Below, piece after piece: positions 51,235 through 61,675 of a stretch of DNA of 64,000 bases; positions within the stretch are counted from its first letter, which is position 1, and each line of letters opens with the position of its first letter. The stretch comes from Roseibacillus sp. (GTDB lineage Bacteria; Verrucomicrobiota; Verrucomicrobiia; Verrucomicrobiales; Akkermansiaceae). The position numbers and the translations under genes were made by a program. The stretch lies in assembly GCA_965242925.1 (NCBI GenBank), contig CBDEUM010000031.1, forward strand, positions 1 to 64,000. Reading direction: 5' to 3'. The notes beneath the pieces are model-generated. The model was not told the DNA's origin, made no database searches, and saw only the letters and a list, made by a program, of their open reading frames with translations.

Positions 51235-52530
51235 CTATTCGAGGGAGTAGGCGCTCTCACCGTGGACACTCTGGTCGAGGCCTTCGTTTTCCTCTTCCTC
51301 GGAAACTCGGAGACCGGTGGTGGCCTTCAGAATGAGGACAATAACCACCGTGCCCACCACCGAAAGGGCTGCGGTGATCCCGACCCCGATGAACTGGGTC
51401 CTAAGCTGGCTGACCATATCGTCCACCCCGGAGCCACCGAAGGTGCTGGTCCCCAGTACCGCAACGAGGATCGATCCCATCATGCCGCCCACTCCGTGGA
51501 CCGCAAAGACGTCGAGGGTGTCGTCGATTCCCAGCTTGTCCTTCACAAGGCCGCAGGCGAAGTAGCAGACCGCTCCGGCCAGGAACCCAAGGATGAGCGC
51601 ACCGACCGGTCCAACATTTCCGGAGGCCGGGGTGATGGTGGCGAGACCGGCAACCATTCCGGTCACGATTCCCACCAGGCCCGCCTTGCCGGTCTTGATC
51701 TTCTCGATGACCATCCAGGTGAGGCTGGCGGTGGCGGCCGCGATATGGGTCACCAGCATGGTGAGCCCGGCCGCTTCATTGGCCGCGAACCTGCTACCGG
51801 CGTTGAAACCGAACCAGCCCACCCAGAGCATGGCGGCCCCGATCATGACCATCCCGGGATTGTGGGGCGGTTGCACGCTGTTCGGAAAGCCCTTGCGTGG
51901 TCCGAGCATCCTGGCGAGGACGAGAGCGGAAACGCCCGCGGTGGTGTGCACCACGATACCACCCGCGAGATCGATGGTGCCGGCCTTAAACATCCATCCT
52001 TCTGCACCCCGGAGCCAGTGGGCCACCGGAACGTAGACGATGGTCAGCCAGAGGGCGGTGAAAAGAAGGACCGCCCTGAAGCGAATCCGCTCCACGCAGG
52101 CACCCACCACGAGAACCGGGGCGATGATGGCGAAGGACATCTGGAACATCACAAAAACGGTCTCCGGAAAATCCCTGCCGTTGAGCCCTGCCACCCCATT
52201 GAGGAAGAGGTGCTGCATGTCTCCCAGGAAGGCGTTACCGTCCGAGAAGGCGAGGGTGTAGAGATCAACCACCCAGAGGATGGAGGCCAGGCAGGCGATC
52301 GCGAAACAGTGCATCAGCACGCTGAGCACGTTCCTGGAACGGACCAGTCCGCCGTAGAACAGGGCCAGGCCCGGCAGGGTCATGAAAAGGACCAGGACCG
52401 TGGCCGTGATCATCCAGGCCGTGTTGCCGGAGTCGAGGGCGGGCGGAGCTTCTTCCTCCGCTGCCGCGGTGCCAATGAGCGCCAGGAATGCCAGCGCCCC
52501 CGGCATGAGCTTCCCAAAGTTTGTTGTCAT
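51235..52530 (-). CDS. amt: Ammonium transporter (second paralogue)
   Basis: LPGLALFYGGLVR, DLAGGIVVH, WVGWFGFNAGS, DDTLDVFAVHG twin-His. Confidence 0.95.
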   Translation of the reverse strand: MTTNFGKLMPGALAFLALIGTAAAEEEAPPALDSGNTAWMITATVLVLFMTLPGLALFYGGLVRSRNVLSVLMHCFAIACLASILWVVDLYTLAFSDGNAFLGDMQHLFLNGVAGLNGRDFPETVFVMFQMSFAIIAPVLVVGACVERIRFRAVLLFTALWLTIVYVPVAHWLRGAEGWMFKAGTIDLAGGIVVHTTAGVSALVLARMLGPRKGFPNSVQPPHNPGMVMIGAAMLWVGWFGFNAGSRFAANEAAGLTMLVTHIAAATASLTWMVIEKIKTGKAGLVGIVTGMVAGLATITPASGNVGPVGALILGFLAGAVCYFACGLVKDKLGIDDTLDVFAVHGVGGMMGSILVAVLGTSTFGGSGVDDMVSQLRTQFIGVGITAALSVVGTVVIVLILKATTGLRVSEEEENEGLDQSVHGESAYSLE

Positions 52531-52602
52531 GTTGCCATGTCCGGCCCTCAGGACACAAGAGTGCGCCTGAAACGCAACGCAATTGGCTCAACCGTTATTA
52601 AC

Positions 52603-52636
52603 AAAAACAGCCCCCGACCGCAAAGCGGTCGGGGGC
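52603..52636 (-). terminator. Terminator between amt genes
   Basis: GCCCCCGACCGC-AAA-GCGGTCGGGGGC with A run on +. Confidence 0.85.
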
Positions 52637-52659
52637 CGACAAAAACCTCCCGGGAAAGC

Positions 52660-53937
52660 CTAGCGATCCGAGCCGTAGGCTCCCTCGCCGTGGTAGGTCA
52701 CATCGAGACCGGAGTCTTCCTCGTCCTCGGAGACCCGTCCACCGCCGGTGAGCGCCTTGGCGATCAGGAAGGCGATCACGGACACGACCCCGGACCAGAC
52801 GATCGTCACGCCAACGCTCTTGATCTGCGACAGCACATTCCCATCGAGGCCCTCCCGGAGGAAGACACCCGTCAGGATCGCTCCCACGATTCCGCCAATC
52901 CCGTGCACGCCGAAGACATCAAGACTATCGTCATAGCCAAGGGCGCGTTTGATCGAAGTCGCAAAGACGTAGCAGACCAGGCCAGCCGCGATTCCAATCA
53001 CGAGGGCTCCAGTCACAGTAGTGGATCCCGAGGCCGGGGTGATCGCCACCAGGCCGGCAACCGCTCCGGTGGCGGCCCCCACGGCAGTTGGCTTCCCAGA
53101 GATAATCCACTCAATCCCAATCCAGGCCAAGACCGCAGCTGCGGTGGCAATCTGGGTCACCAGCATCGCGTAGCCCGCCACCCCATCAGCGGCGAGTTGA
53201 CTGCCCGCATTGAATCCGAACCAGCCCACCCAGAGGAGCGAAGCCCCGATCACGGTGTAGGCCACATTATGGGGAGTCATGCTCGTCGTGGGATAGCCCT
53301 TGCGCTTACCCAGCATGATACAGACGACCAGCCCCGCGATCCCCGCATTGATGTGGACCACCGTGCCGCCTGCAAAGTCGCGCACATCGGGGAATTCCCC
53401 GAACAATCCGCCGCCCCACGCCATGTGCCAGACGGGGATGTAGGACCCGAGAGCCCAGAGCGTCGTGAAAATCAGGACCGCACTGAACTTCATGCGCTCC
53501 GCAAAGGCTCCCACGATCAGGGCCGGGGTGATGATGATGAAGGTCATCTGGAACACCACGAAGACGCTCTCCGGAATGGTTCCAGACAGTGTGTCCGCTT
53601 CCACTCCCTTGAGCATCATCTTGTCCAGCCCTCCAATGAAGTTGTTGCCCCCGGTTGCCGCCAGGCTGTAGCCCACGACCACCCACAGGATCGACATGAC
53701 CGCCGCAATGACAAAACACTGCATCAGGATGGAGAGGACATTCTTGCTCCGCACCAGCCCGCCGTAGAACAGTGCCAGTCCGGGAAGGGTCATGAGGAGA
53801 ACGAGCACGGCGGCCACGATCATCCAAGCCGTATCCCCGGAGTTCAGGGTCGCTTCTTCTTCCTCTGCCACAGCAGTTCCGATCAGCGCCAGGAATGCCA
53901 GCGCTCCAAATATCAGTTTTTTCAGGTTTGTCGTCAT
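52660..53937 (-). CDS. amtB: Ammonium transporter AmtB
   Basis: FQMTF, HMAWGGG, DFAGGTVVH, WFGFNAGS, DDSLDVFGVHG. Confidence 0.96.
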   Translation of the reverse strand: MTTNLKKLIFGALAFLALIGTAVAEEEEATLNSGDTAWMIVAAVLVLLMTLPGLALFYGGLVRSKNVLSILMQCFVIAAVMSILWVVVGYSLAATGGNNFIGGLDKMMLKGVEADTLSGTIPESVFVVFQMTFIIITPALIVGAFAERMKFSAVLIFTTLWALGSYIPVWHMAWGGGLFGEFPDVRDFAGGTVVHINAGIAGLVVCIMLGKRKGYPTTSMTPHNVAYTVIGASLLWVGWFGFNAGSQLAADGVAGYAMLVTQIATAAAVLAWIGIEWIISGKPTAVGAATGAVAGLVAITPASGSTTVTGALVIGIAAGLVCYVFATSIKRALGYDDSLDVFGVHGIGGIVGAILTGVFLREGLDGNVLSQIKSVGVTIVWSGVVSVIAFLIAKALTGGGRVSEDEEDSGLDVTYHGEGAYGSDR

Positions 53938-53972
53938 TTGTCCGTATTCACGAATGGTTGAGCCTCAAATTA

Positions 53973-53989
53973 AGCAAGGAGCGTGCCAA
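53973..53989 (-). promoter_or_regulatory. Sigma-54 (-24/-12) promoter of amtB
   Basis: TTGGCACGCTCCTTGCT on -, matches TGGCACG-N4-TTGC; 35 nt upstream of the amtB ATG. Confidence 0.85.
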
Positions 53990-54076
53990 CTCTCCACTCC
54001 CCGCCCAAACTACACGTAATTCACAGCCTTTTTCGTGTTCGGGAGGACCATCAACTGCTTTGTTTCCGGGAAAGTG

Positions 54077-54817
54077 ATGCGGCTCCTCCTGATCGATAAC
54101 TCCAACACCCGCACCAAGTTCGCACTCAGCGCTCCTGGTCAGCAGGGCTACGATATTCAACGGGTCCCCACCCGGGAATTGGAACCCACTTTCATCGAAA
54201 AACTGCAGGCCCTCGAATTCGATGCCTCCGTCATCTCCTCCGTCATCCCGGAGAAAGCCGCTCTCCTCCGGGAGGGACTGGCCGCGAGACCGCTCCACGA
54301 GATCTCGCACCAGAGCGCCCTGTCCATCGGCATTGACTATCCCCGTCCCGAGCAGATCGGCGCCGATCGCCTGGCCAACGCCGTGGCCGTGCACGCCCGG
54401 ATTGGAGCGCCCGCCATCGTGGTCGACTTCGGAACGGCAGTCACCTTCGACGTGGTGGGAGGGTCCGGGACGCAGGCCAGCTATCTCGGCGGCGTGATTG
54501 CCCCGGGGCTGGCCTCCATGACCGATTACCTGCACCAGAGCACTGCCCTCCTGCCCGAGATTGATCTCGCCGAACCGGAATCCGCCATCGGCAAATCGAC
54601 CACCGAGGCCATGCGGGCGGGTGCGGTCTACGGCTACCGCGGGATGATCCGCGAAGTCCTCCAGGCCATTCAGCGTGAACTGGACGCCGCGCCCACCGTC
54701 CTGGCCACCGGCGGCGACGCGGCCCTCATTGCGGCGGGGCTCCCCGAAGTCCACGAGGTCATTGCAGACCTCACCCTCGAAGGCATCCGCCTCATCGGGG
54801 AGCGAAACCTTACCTGA
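54077..54817 (+). CDS. coaX: Type III pantothenate kinase
   Basis: IDNSNTRTK, SSVIP, IGADR, VDFGTAVTFD, GGVIAPG, ATGG, LTLEG. Confidence 0.93.
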   Translation: MRLLLIDNSNTRTKFALSAPGQQGYDIQRVPTRELEPTFIEKLQALEFDASVISSVIPEKAALLREGLAARPLHEISHQSALSIGIDYPRPEQIGADRLANAVAVHARIGAPAIVVDFGTAVTFDVVGGSGTQASYLGGVIAPGLASMTDYLHQSTALLPEIDLAEPESAIGKSTTEAMRAGAVYGYRGMIREVLQAIQRELDAAPTVLATGGDAALIAAGLPEVHEVIADLTLEGIRLIGERNLT

Positions 54818-54829
54818 CCAGCGCTCCAA

Positions 54830-55435
54830 TCAGCTCTTCTGACCATTTTCCCGGTCCGGAAGTCCGGGAGCTCCCTTCACGATCTCCTCGATGGCCTTCC
54901 GCACCACCTCGAAATCGGAATCATTCGTCACCGGTTCCACGTCCCGGGGAGGAGCAAGGGGCAGGTCCACCCAGGTCCGGCAACCGCCGTACTTCTTCTC
55001 GTAAGAAAGGCTGACCGTCCCGGGAAGCCGGAACACACGTACCAGCGCACAGTGAATCTGCTGCAACTCCCCGCAGTCAAACCGTTCCCTCACCAAGTCA
55101 TCCGTCCAGACGTGGTAGGGCTCCAGGGCCACCACCTGCTCCCAGTCCGTGAGAGTCCGCGCCCACAGGGCTTCGCACCAGATTGAGATGGGCACCTCCT
55201 CCCCCACTTCCCACTCTCCCGCCTCCGCCCGGAGGGAACCTGGCCCCCTGATCTGCGCCTGGGCGTGGAAGCGGGTGGGAAAAAGGAGAAAGCGCTCCTG
55301 CCTGAAAGAGAACCCCTCCCGGCCCTCGTGAATGCCCCCCTTGCGCAGCAGGACATGCTGCCGACCCTCCCCCAGGGCATCGCAAACGGCCACCCACTCC
55401 TTGTATCCGGCACAATGATCCACGCCCCCATTCAT
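54830..55435 (-). CDS. DUF1802 family protein
   Basis: KEW..VCDAL..G.Q.VLLRKGGIHE, FLLFPT.FH, YGGCRTWV. Confidence 0.85.
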   Translation of the reverse strand: MNGGVDHCAGYKEWVAVCDALGEGRQHVLLRKGGIHEGREGFSFRQERFLLFPTRFHAQAQIRGPGSLRAEAGEWEVGEEVPISIWCEALWARTLTDWEQVVALEPYHVWTDDLVRERFDCGELQQIHCALVRVFRLPGTVSLSYEKKYGGCRTWVDLPLAPPRDVEPVTNDSDFEVVRKAIEEIVKGAPGLPDRENGQKS

Positions 55436-55501
55436 CGCCCGAGGGGCATCATGTCAAAATAATCCGTTTCCAATCTTCCCTCTTCGGCGTATGCCCGGTT
55501 C

Positions 55502-56665
55502 GTGTCCAATACTCCGGAACAGAGTCAGGCCCATACCTTCCACGCCGTCGGCGAAGGAGATTCTCCCCTCGCCCTTCGCGAGGGCGGAACCCTTGGGGCC
55601 GTCCAGCTCTCCTACCAATCCTGGGGTGAGCTCAATACCGGGAAATCAAATGCGATCCTGATCTTTCACGCCCTCTCCGGCTCCCAGAACGTCACCGGGT
55701 TCAATCCCGCCATTCCGGAAGCCGGCGACTTGTGGAACGGGGAGGTCCAGGAAGGCTGGTGGAACGGCATGGTCGGTCCCGGCAAGGCCATCGACACCGA
55801 CCACTACTTCGTGGTGTGCTTCAACCTGCTCGGCGGGTGCTACGGTTCCACCGGACCAGCCTCACCCGATCCGCAAACCGGAGCACCCTATGGCTCCTCC
55901 TTCCCTCATGTCTCCATCTCGGACCAGGCCACGGTGGCCGACCTTCTCCTCGATCACCTAGGCATCGACTGTCTCCACGCCGTGGCCGGCCCCTCGGTTG
56001 GTGGACTGGCGGCCCTCACTTTTGCCACCAATTTTCCGGAACGGGTGCGCACCATCCTCTCGCTGGCGAGTGGCATCAGAACCACCGTCCTCAACCGGCT
56101 GATCCTCTTCGAGCAGATCCTGGCCATCGAGAACGACCCTCACTTCCGCGGTGGAGATTACTACGACCACGAACCTCCCGCCCTCGGCCTGACCCTGGCC
56201 CGGATGATCTCGCACAAGACCTTCGTCCACCTCGATGCCATCGAGCGCCGGGCCCGGCGGGACGTCATCCACCAGAGCGATGCACTCTCATGGTACCAGG
56301 TCCGCGACCAGTTCCAGAGCTACATGCTCTATCAGGGCAAGAAGTTCGTGCAGCGCTTCGATGCCAATACCTACCTGCGCATTATCGACATGTGGTCGCG
56401 CTACGATGCCGCCCGGGAAGGTGATGCCGGGAGCTATCGCGAACTTCTCACCCGCTGCAAGGAGGCGGGCCACCGCTTCCTGGTCTTTTCCATCGACTCC
56501 GACTTCTGCTTCTATCCCGAGGAACAGAGCGAACTTGTCCTCGAGTTGGAGAAGGCCGGCCTGGAGCCGGTCCACATCACGGTCCACTCCGACCGGGGCC
56601 ACGACTCCTTCCTGCTGGAGCCCGCTCTCTACGCCCCGCACATTCACTACGCGCTGCGGGATTGA
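55502..56665 (+). CDS. metX: Homoserine O-acetyltransferase
   Basis: IFHALSG, GWWNGMVGPGKAIDT, NLLGGCYGSTGP, GPSVGG, RFDANTY, GHDSFLLE. Confidence 0.92.
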   Translation: MSNTPEQSQAHTFHAVGEGDSPLALREGGTLGAVQLSYQSWGELNTGKSNAILIFHALSGSQNVTGFNPAIPEAGDLWNGEVQEGWWNGMVGPGKAIDTDHYFVVCFNLLGGCYGSTGPASPDPQTGAPYGSSFPHVSISDQATVADLLLDHLGIDCLHAVAGPSVGGLAALTFATNFPERVRTILSLASGIRTTVLNRLILFEQILAIENDPHFRGGDYYDHEPPALGLTLARMISHKTFVHLDAIERRARRDVIHQSDALSWYQVRDQFQSYMLYQGKKFVQRFDANTYLRIIDMWSRYDAAREGDAGSYRELLTRCKEAGHRFLVFSIDSDFCFYPEEQSELVLELEKAGLEPVHITVHSDRGHDSFLLEPALYAPHIHYALRD

Positions 56666-56712
56666 AGGACCTGCATGGGGGCAAACCCAACGGACATTGA
56701 ATTGCCTCATTC

Positions 56713-59700
56713 ATGATGCTCAGCAGCAAACACTACTTGATTGCCGCCTGCATCATCGCGCTATCTGCGTCGATTGCTGGCGCGGAGGATGGAGCAACCG
56801 GGCATGCTTTCCTTAAGACCTATTGCATGAAATGCCACAATGCAAAAAAGCATAAGGGCGATGTTCGGCTGGATCAGCTTGCTTTGCGTGTGACGGGCGA
56901 CAACCACGAACTGTGGAAAGAGGTTATCCATAATATCCAGCGGGGTGACATGCCCCCCAAGGACGCCAAGCATCCCACGCAGCATGAACGCCGGGCGTTT
57001 CTTGCTGAGACGATTGGGCCATTAACGAAATACGAGGAAGATGCGAAGGGGAGGCGGGATCCCTTGACGCGCCTGACCAACAATCAGATCGCGCATAGTC
57101 TTCAGGATTTACTAAACACGCACCAACATATCGCTGCTGAACTCATTGGCGATCCGGCCGACAAGCATGGTTATTCGCGCCAAACAGAGCTTGGTCTGTC
57201 GGGTCCGTATCTTCAACTCTATACCAAGTCCCTTGCACGAGCTGTCGCACGTGCGATCCCCGATCCTGAGGCTCCGGTTCCGACGCCGTATCAAGTCATG
57301 GGAAACGACTGGGAAAAATGCCATTGGTCGGGTGCTTACTTTCGCGCCCTGGGCAGGCGCCAACTCTATGAGGGGCCGCAATGGCTAGGCGACAAGTTCG
57401 AAATCCCCCTGCCGCCCAAGCACGAACACCGAATGTTCTTGCGTGACAACAGCAGTGAAGGTCGATTTCGCATCGCGCTAACTGTGCTTAATGAGCCACC
57501 AACCTACGGATACGGAGAGCATTTCCTGCTCAAATCCGGAGTACCTATCGCCAAACCGGCTCCGGATCAGGTGGTGTTAAACGATTTAACCACGCCCCTA
57601 ACCGTACAAATCCCGAAGGAGGGCATCTACCAGGTAGACGTTCTCTTAAACCCACCGGCGGATGTGGTGCTCAATCCGGATTCTTCAAAATTAGAACAGG
57701 GATTGGTGGGTGCCTGGGGTTTAAACGGCGATGCCCAGGGTGAGTCCAAGCGTAAGGAAATGACGGGCAAACTCGTGGGTGGCGCAAAGTTTGTCGACTC
57801 CCCGATTGGCAAGGACGGGAAAGCAATTTCTTTGGATGGACATGATGATTCGGTAGTGATCCAGCGCAACCCATCAATGGATGTGGGGAAGGGAGATTTT
57901 ACCGTGGCCGCGTGGATTAACCCGAGTCAGTTACGGCAGGCAGGCATCGTCTGCCTGGGCCGATACAACTGGGTGCATGGCTGGTATATGGACATGCTGC
58001 AAGGGGGGGTGTTACGGATTGAAACCGTCAGTCCTGCCAATCAATCCAATGGAACTGTGGCAACAAAGCCCGGCACCCTCAGGGCCAACACTTGGCAGCA
58101 TGTGGCGGCGGTGGTACGACGGGGCGAGAATCAAACACGCGTGTACGTCAACGGCTTCGAGGTGGCCTCTGGAACCGTTGCCCCCACGAACTTGGATAAC
58201 CCCTCGGTGGCTTTACACATTGGTCGCGTTCAGGGTTCCCGGCTTTTCAAGGGACAGATGGACGAAGTTCGTTTCTACAAACGCGCTTTGGACCTGAAGG
58301 AAATTCACGCCCTCTTGGAACCCGGTAAACAATTTGTGCGGAACCCCCCGGAGCCGCCTCAGGAACTTGTCTTGAATTTGGGTAGGCGCGATTTTACGGG
58401 CACCCTTCATCAACCGGCATTTCTTGGAGTTCGCTTGCCAGCAGGGCCGCTGCAGGTGAGCGGTCGCTATGGAGACGGCTTAATCCCTCATCGCATCAAT
58501 CTTACTCCCATGCCTGCCGAGAGTGAGTTAGCTGTTCAATATAGACAATTTGAACAACGGGAGGCCGCTCGCACGCCACAGGAACTGGCGGTCTACCTGG
58601 GGAAAACGACCTATTGGCCGTACAAGATGGTCAAGGCGATTAAGGTGCCGGCCAAGAAAGGACTTCAGCGCTTTGAAATCTTTGGCAACCTCAGAGACCA
58701 TTTGGGCGTCAGTACCGATCCCATCGTGGCTAATGATCCCACCAACCCCGGAAAATTTCGCACGCTCACCATCGTCAACCACAACGAGCTTCGAGGATAC
58801 AAGTTGCCAGCAAGGTTCCGTACGAGTGAGTCCATCTTCTGTGTGCGGTCGGATGATCAATGGATTAAAGCGTTTGGTCCCAAGCCGGGCTTGATTGGGT
58901 CGAAATACGGCAACGACAATGATCACCACGACGAACTGACAAGGGCCGGGGCGCCGGTGTATTGGAAGGCGATGAAAACGCACGGGCACGTGATCATAAA
59001 AAAGGTCGAGTACGAAACTCCATATTTTGAGAACTGGCCCCCGAAGGGGAGTGCGCAGTTCCTCGACAAGGGGCGACTCACACGTGAGAGCCTGCCCACC
59101 AAGCTGAAGTCATTCGCTACGAAGGCGTGGCGCCGACCTTTGGGTTCCGCTGATGCGGACTACGTCGAGAAAGTGATCGCCCAAGAGTTGGCCGCAAATG
59201 ATTCTACCCTGAGTGCGTTGCGCAATGCGGTGGTCACGATCCTCTCGGACCCGCGATTCTTTTACCTGCGCCAATCAGACAATTACGACCTGGTCTCGCG
59301 TTTGTCCTATTTCCTCTGGAATGGTCCACCCGATGAAACCGCGCTGGCGTTGGCCGCGCCCAGGGATGAGCTTTCCGCCGCCGCGATTGAAGGGGAAGTG
59401 GACCGGCTCCTGGCGGATCCGCGGTCGAAACGGTTTATCAATGACTTTGTTGCGAATTGGATCGGGTTCACGACCTTTGATCAGACGGCGGTTGACCCAA
59501 ACTTCTACCCGCAGTTCCGACGCCATCTCAGAGACCACATGAAGCAGGAGAGCGTCGAGTTCTTTTCCGAGATACTCTTTAAGGACCTGAGCTGCCTCAA
59601 CTTCCTGGAATCGGACTTTGTGATGGTCAATGGGTGGCTCGCTGACCACTACCGAATACCGGGAGTGCATACCCAGAGGTTTACGCATGTTGCCGCCCCC

Positions 59701-60348
59701 ACGGCTCGCGGAGGTGGCGCGTTGGCCCAGGGATCGGTCCTGCTTGCATACTCCACCGGTCAGGATGCGCACGCAGTTAATCGCGGGGTCTGGATTCGTT
59801 CCCGCTTGTTGGGAGATCCGCCATCGGATCCGCCCCCGAATGTGCCCGCGCTTGGTGCCCGGAAAGATAAACCGACCCAGCGCGGCCCGCTCTCGATCAA
59901 GCAGAGACTCGAATCGCACCTGGCGGCTGGGACGACCTGCTATGACTGCCACAAGGATATCGACCCATGGGGCATTGCGATGGAGGGATTTGATGCCGTC
60001 GGTCTCCCGAGAACAAAGATCAAGCTTTTGCCCGATTTAAAGAAAAGTAATCTTCACGCCCGTGTTTCGCGACCCGCCGGGGGCACCGTCGTGAAAGACG
60101 TGGTGATCGACGAACAGACCATTGACGGTCTCGTTCCTTTGAAGCAGCACCTTTTCAAAACACGGCAGAAGGCATTTGCGTACGCATTTACGCGCCATTT
60201 TCTGTCCCACGCGCTGGGGCGGGCGATCTCCTATCGAGACGAGGAGCAAGTGATCGCGTTGCAAAAAACTTTTGAAAACAGCGAGTACAACATGAGGGCG
60301 TTGATCAAAGCCATCGTGACGTCGCCAGCCTTTAGGACCTTAAGGTAA
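56713..60348 (+). CDS. DUF1592-family (PSD/PSCyt) multidomain cytochrome-like protein with inserted LamG domain
   Basis: CMKCH..MPP, RLTNNQ..LQDLL, AWRRP, SRLSYFLWNGPPD, RGVWI..LLG..PPPNVP, CYDCHKDIDPWG; LamG block FTVAAWI..WQHVAAV..VYVNG..GQMDEVRFY. Confidence 0.88.
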   Translation: MMLSSKHYLIAACIIALSASIAGAEDGATGHAFLKTYCMKCHNAKKHKGDVRLDQLALRVTGDNHELWKEVIHNIQRGDMPPKDAKHPTQHERRAFLAETIGPLTKYEEDAKGRRDPLTRLTNNQIAHSLQDLLNTHQHIAAELIGDPADKHGYSRQTELGLSGPYLQLYTKSLARAVARAIPDPEAPVPTPYQVMGNDWEKCHWSGAYFRALGRRQLYEGPQWLGDKFEIPLPPKHEHRMFLRDNSSEGRFRIALTVLNEPPTYGYGEHFLLKSGVPIAKPAPDQVVLNDLTTPLTVQIPKEGIYQVDVLLNPPADVVLNPDSSKLEQGLVGAWGLNGDAQGESKRKEMTGKLVGGAKFVDSPIGKDGKAISLDGHDDSVVIQRNPSMDVGKGDFTVAAWINPSQLRQAGIVCLGRYNWVHGWYMDMLQGGVLRIETVSPANQSNGTVATKPGTLRANTWQHVAAVVRRGENQTRVYVNGFEVASGTVAPTNLDNPSVALHIGRVQGSRLFKGQMDEVRFYKRALDLKEIHALLEPGKQFVRNPPEPPQELVLNLGRRDFTGTLHQPAFLGVRLPAGPLQVSGRYGDGLIPHRINLTPMPAESELAVQYRQFEQREAARTPQELAVYLGKTTYWPYKMVKAIKVPAKKGLQRFEIFGNLRDHLGVSTDPIVANDPTNPGKFRTLTIVNHNELRGYKLPARFRTSESIFCVRSDDQWIKAFGPKPGLIGSKYGNDNDHHDELTRAGAPVYWKAMKTHGHVIIKKVEYETPYFENWPPKGSAQFLDKGRLTRESLPTKLKSFATKAWRRPLGSADADYVEKVIAQELAANDSTLSALRNAVVTILSDPRFFYLRQSDNYDLVSRLSYFLWNGPPDETALALAAPRDELSAAAIEGEVDRLLADPRSKRFINDFVANWIGFTTFDQTAVDPNFYPQFRRHLRDHMKQESVEFFSEILFKDLSCLNFLESDFVMVNGWLADHYRIPGVHTQRFTHVAAPTARGGGALAQGSVLLAYSTGQDAHAVNRGVWIRSRLLGDPPSDPPPNVPALGARKDKPTQRGPLSIKQRLESHLAAGTTCYDCHKDIDPWGIAMEGFDAVGLPRTKIKLLPDLKKSNLHARVSRPAGGTVVKDVVIDEQTIDGLVPLKQHLFKTRQKAFAYAFTRHFLSHALGRAISYRDEEQVIALQKTFENSEYNMRALIKAIVTSPAFRTLR

Positions 60349-60370
60349 CCCATGAGCGGAGAAGTAACCC

Positions 60371-61675
60371 ATGAGCAATAACAGAATGATAGACCGCCGC
60401 ACCTTTCTCAGGGGCACAGGGGGCCTGGCCCTGTCGCTACCACTCTTGGAGTGTATGGCTGTCGGTGCCGCGCCTGCCGCGCCCAAACGATGTTTATCTC
60501 TTTATATAGGGCACGGCTTTTCCCTGGGCGGTGAATGGTCCTGGTACCCGACCGTGGTCGATGGTGAGATGCAATTTAGCAAGTCAATGGCCGCGTTCAA
60601 TCCGCTTGCCGATCGCGTTACGGTCTTGCGAGGTTTAGAGCATCCGGGCTGCGTCAGTGCCGGAGGCCACAACACGGGCGATTCGTTTTTGACTGGGAGC
60701 CATCCCAATGCGGTGGACAAGAGTCCGTCGTTCGACCAGATCGCTTCGATGACTCATGGGCACAAGACACGATACCCAAGTCTCGTGCTCGGCAACGAAG
60801 GCGGAATTGGTGGCATCGGCAGCTCAAAAACGTTGTCTTATAACCAGTTTGGCCGTCCGATCCCCGCGAGCAATGACATCCGCGGCCTCTACGACGCCAT
60901 GTTCAATTCCGATCCGCAACTGGCGAAGGGGCAGCGTTTGCAATTGTCAACGGACAAGCGGCGGCTCGATCGCGTTCTGGAGTCCTACGGCGATTTGAAA
61001 CGCCAGCTCGGACGCGACGACTCGCAGAAGTTGGAGCAATACATGCAGGCCATGCGAGATGTGGAGCAAGAGATCCAGCGCATGGAACGTTGGGTGGGAA
61101 CCCCCAAGCCGAAGGTATCCAAGGATGATTTGGTGCTCAACGCCTCCGGGCAGGATCCGGCAGCTTTCATCCGCACGATGTACAACCTGATCTATCTGGC
61201 GTTCAAGACCGATTCAACCCGTTATGCGACCTATATGCTGCAGAGCATGAATGGCGAGTGGGGTGGGATTTCGACCACTCTCGGTCTCGGTGTTGGCCAC
61301 CACATGCTGGCCCATAACGCGACTTCGATAGGTGGGGGGCATTTTGCCAAGCTTGGCAAATATGACAAGTTCGAGGCAGACCTGCTGGCTGAGTTCATCA
61401 CGAAGCTGGCGGACACCCCTGAGGGCGAAGGCACGATGCTCGATAACACGGTCGTGATGTACGGCAGCAGTAACAGCCAGACACACGTCAACAGAAACTA
61501 TCCCATGATGTTGGTGGGAGGCGAAAAACTTGGTCTCAAACAGGGTGTGTTCCATGATTTTGGCAAAAAAGCCCCGCCGCTATCGAACCTATACTTAACC
61601 CTGCTAAACGCACTGGAAGTTCCCGCAAAGCAATTCTCCGACAGCAGCGGAACCATTCCAGAAATCATGGCTTGA
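60371..61675 (+). CDS. DUF1552 (HXXSHH-type) protein
   Basis: DRRTFLRG..LSLPLLE, SFDQIA, LAFKTDSTR, HHMLAH, GTMLDNT..YGS, PLSNLYLTLL. Confidence 0.88.
   Translation: MSNNRMIDRRTFLRGTGGLALSLPLLECMAVGAAPAAPKRCLSLYIGHGFSLGGEWSWYPTVVDGEMQFSKSMAAFNPLADRVTVLRGLEHPGCVSAGGHNTGDSFLTGSHPNAVDKSPSFDQIASMTHGHKTRYPSLVLGNEGGIGGIGSSKTLSYNQFGRPIPASNDIRGLYDAMFNSDPQLAKGQRLQLSTDKRRLDRVLESYGDLKRQLGRDDSQKLEQYMQAMRDVEQEIQRMERWVGTPKPKVSKDDLVLNASGQDPAAFIRTMYNLIYLAFKTDSTRYATYMLQSMNGEWGGISTTLGLGVGHHMLAHNATSIGGGHFAKLGKYDKFEADLLAEFITKLADTPEGEGTMLDNTVVMYGSSNSQTHVNRNYPMMLVGGEKLGLKQGVFHDFGKKAPPLSNLYLTLLNALEVPAKQFSDSSGTIPEIMA

Noticed and set aside
51016..53961. 981-aa + strand ORF spanning both amt genes
   Set aside because: Antisense shadow of two well-conserved Amt genes; it runs through a terminator and has no motifs.
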